This document shows positions 61,701 through 64,000 of a stretch of 64,000 bases of DNA, in pieces; positions within the stretch are counted from its first letter, which is position 1, and each line of letters starts with the position of its first letter. This DNA comes from Lama guanicoe (Eukaryota), in NCBI GenBank assembly GCA_013239625.1, contig MU055864.1:11084397-11148396 (forward strand). Reading direction: 5' to 3'. Under the pieces are notes generated by a model. That model ran no database searches and had not been told where the DNA came from. It was given only the letters and a program-made list of their open reading frames with translations. A program made the position numbers and the translations under genes.

Positions 61701-63779
61701 AGCCTTCCATCTTTCCTCAAAACGATTTGGATTCAACTTCTGCCTTGTTAAGATGTGCATTATACTTTTAAAGTAGAAATGGAAAACACTGACAAAAGTC
61801 CTTAAAAGAAAGTCTTTGCTAAAGGATGATTTCAATAATTTGCATTTCTCTGCAGTACAATAGCAATCTGTTCGGTCCCTGATTATGAAAGTTAGCCTTG
61901 CCATCTTATCTTTCTAAGTTTCCCGAGCCCTCTTTTGTTGAAACCAAGCATAGGACCGAAATCAGTATAAACTGTAAAGTGCATCCCTGGACCTTTAGGT
62001 ATCAGGAATAAAGACTGTCCATANNNNNNNNNNNNNNNNNNNNNNNNNNNNNNNNNNNNNNNNNNNNNNNNNNNNNNNNNNNNNNNNNNNNNNNNNNNNN
62101 NNNNNNNNNNNNNNNNNNNNNNNNNNNNNNNNNNNNNNNNNNNNNNNNNNNNNNNNNNNNNNNNNNNNNNNNNNNNNNNNNNNNNNNNNNNNNNNNNNNN
62201 NNNNNNNNNNNNNNNNNNGCTATTCGACAGGGATTTGCAAAAACTTCCCCATGGCTGTTAAGAATCTTATTCAGCAGTGTCTTTGAAAACCCGATTCCGT
62301 GAAGAATTAACTATGTAGAAATGACCTCAGTTGTGATTTTTTTATGTGTCTTTAACAAATCTAATTTATAATTTTTCTCAGTGTGTATTTCGCACTTGAC
62401 GCTGCAGTCTATTAGATACCTATACATATATAAGTTTTGGAGTGGTTTCGGAATTTTATTTCCATATTAACGTAAAGCCTTCTGAAATTCCTNNNNNNNN
62501 NNNNNNNNNNNNNNNNNNNNNNNNNNNNNNNNNNNNNNNNNNNNNNNNNNNNNNNNNNNNNNNNNNNNNNNNNNNNNNNNNNNNNNNNNNNNNNNNNNNN
62601 NNNNNNNNNNNNNNNNNNNNNNNNNNNNNNNNNNNNNNNNNNNNNNNNNNNNNNNNNNNNNNNNNNNNNNNNNNNNNNNNNNNNNNNNNNNNNNNNTTGT
62701 GTCTGATATCGGATCACAACGTAATGGGAGTGACGCAAAATCAGAGAAAGCCCTAAGAAACCAGGGGCACATTTGATTTTCCCCAGAGACTTTTTTCCCT
62801 TCTACTTCCTTTTTTTCCCCCCACTCTTAACTCTGAAATTCAAGGTCATTCACCTATTAGATGAATTAATTATAAGGCAAAAAGCAGCATTCATCATACC
62901 CTGATCTCACTCATATCTATAATTAAGGGTAAATACAATCTTCGTTTTCAGAAATGTCCCACCCACCCGTTACATTTAAAGTGCTGACTGAAGTGAAATG
63001 ATAGTTCAGAGCAAGATGATTTTAGTTTAACAAGAAAAAAGTTGATCATGTAAGCTGGAAGCAGTTCGTTCTATTTTTGATTACCATTCAGTGATAAATC
63101 TAATTTGAGATATAAGCTGCTTTTCTGTTACTCAAGTTTAATTCATGGTTTGCTTTCTTGGTTGCATAAGCAAAGTTCGATGGTTGATCAAGGATGTTAA
63201 AAAGCTCCCCACAAAAGCAGTGGGGAGCAGGGTTGAGAATGTGTTCAAAAGATATCCTAAGCCCCAGATCTGGTGTGAAACAAAACGTTTTACTGAAAGG
63301 GCCCCTTACAGAGTGTTGCATTTGGCATTGGAGCGGCTATGTTGGGACTGGCTCTTTGCTGAGGAATTGATTGGGGGGGGGACCCCAAATGTTTAAATCT
63401 AGCTGACAAAGTCAATAGATTTTATTCTTTGGTTAGGGTATTTTAAGTCTTAAAATTGTTGGTCTTTGGAAGAAAATAAGGAGTGAATAAGGGGAAGAGA
63501 TTGACGCGTCACTCTGCAGACAGTTAAACAAAATGCTAAAGCCTGGCGTTAAGATTTACAGGTTAGCTCTGCGAGATGCCACATCTTGCTTCTTGTGTTT
63601 CCTGGCAGACGAGGGCCGCTCGCTACTAGGACCCAGTGTAACCGCAAAGCATGAGGTTGCACAACGTACAAAACCTGAAATCTTCATAATCCTATTTAAG
63701 GCGAAGATGAATCTGCCCATTTTGAAAGGAGACCTTAGCTTCCAAACTTAACTTGTATTAAGTATAAATTTATCTTCAG

Positions 63780-63848
63780 ATATGTATGTATATGTATATA
63801 TATATGCACATATATGTATATGCACATGTAGGTGCATTCATATATAAA
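63780..63848. repeat. (TA/TG/CA)n low-complexity repeat
   Basis: Direct read. Confidence 0.85.
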
Positions 63849-64000
63849 TGAATGCCTTATCCATTTTGTGCAATATTTAACTTACCCTATTAAGTTGAAC
63901 ACCGTTAACTTTTTAAAATTCATAAACTCAGGGTTTTCAGCCAGTGGAAGAATTTGTTTATCTTTCTCAATGCTAAAGAGAGTTAAGTGTGTGACGTAAA

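Larger units (their letters stand above)
5650..62696. other. Ten N-gaps: 5650-5789, 10978-11109, 15873-16132, 18249-18398, 19038-19225, 32802-32997, 39893-40095, 48119-48252, 62024-62218, 62493-62696
   Basis: Direct read; 132-260 nt each, 1802 nt total. Content unknown. Confidence 0.99.
1..64000 (+). other. TCF4: Internal part of the TCF4 gene (RefSeq intron 5, exon 6, intron 6, with internal alternative promoters)
   Basis: The exon at 18547-18611 translates to a recognisable TCF4 peptide with canonical splice sites. The TCF4-G-specific peptide lies directly upstream. T-rich + strand is consistent with + transcription. Confidence 0.95.

Noticed and set aside
1-64000. TCF4 CTG18.1 repeat, snoRNA/miRNA genes, CRISPR or prokaryotic systems
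   Set aside because: No CTG tract here (in human it lies near the 5' end of the gene), no recognisable small-RNA gene, and the DNA is mammalian intron.

Overview
Mammalian genomic DNA, most likely camelid. The young SINEs are tRNA-Ala-derived vic-1-type copies, and I saw no Alu, Bov-A or PRE-1. The window lies inside TCF4 (E2-2/ITF2, class I bHLH gene), transcribed on the + strand. The anchor is a 65-nt constitutive exon at 18547-18611 reading (S)[21 protein letters not shown] (RefSeq exon 6; exon 7 in the alternative-5'-exon nomenclature); the ORF track translates it in the wrong frame. Just upstream is the 3' end of the alternative first exon for TCF4-G (LQTLPVVPTL|R). Several CpG-retaining segments ending in splice donors fit the known internal TCF4 first exons (7a and 8a-8d types; names assigned from memory of the human locus). 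The rest is intronic: a mostly TE-poor regulatory zone (1-23 kb), a TE-rich zone (24-60 kb: L1, L2, MIR, hAT/Tigger, SINEs) and ten N-gaps (1802 nt). The most interesting unexplained signals are: (i) a neural-type 12-nt microexon candidate (16721-16732) that would put an in-frame stop only into long TCF4 isoforms; (ii) a frame-preserving 48-nt cassette candidate (11221-11268); (iii) a dual-use exon (35527-35606) that is poison if internal but gives a 14-aa in-frame N-terminus if used first, next to a palindrome/E-box cluster; (iv) a near-perfect 27-bp hairpin inside an old L1. All four are hypotheses from sequence alone. Apart from an L1 ORF2 relic, I found no support for the other listed ORFs.
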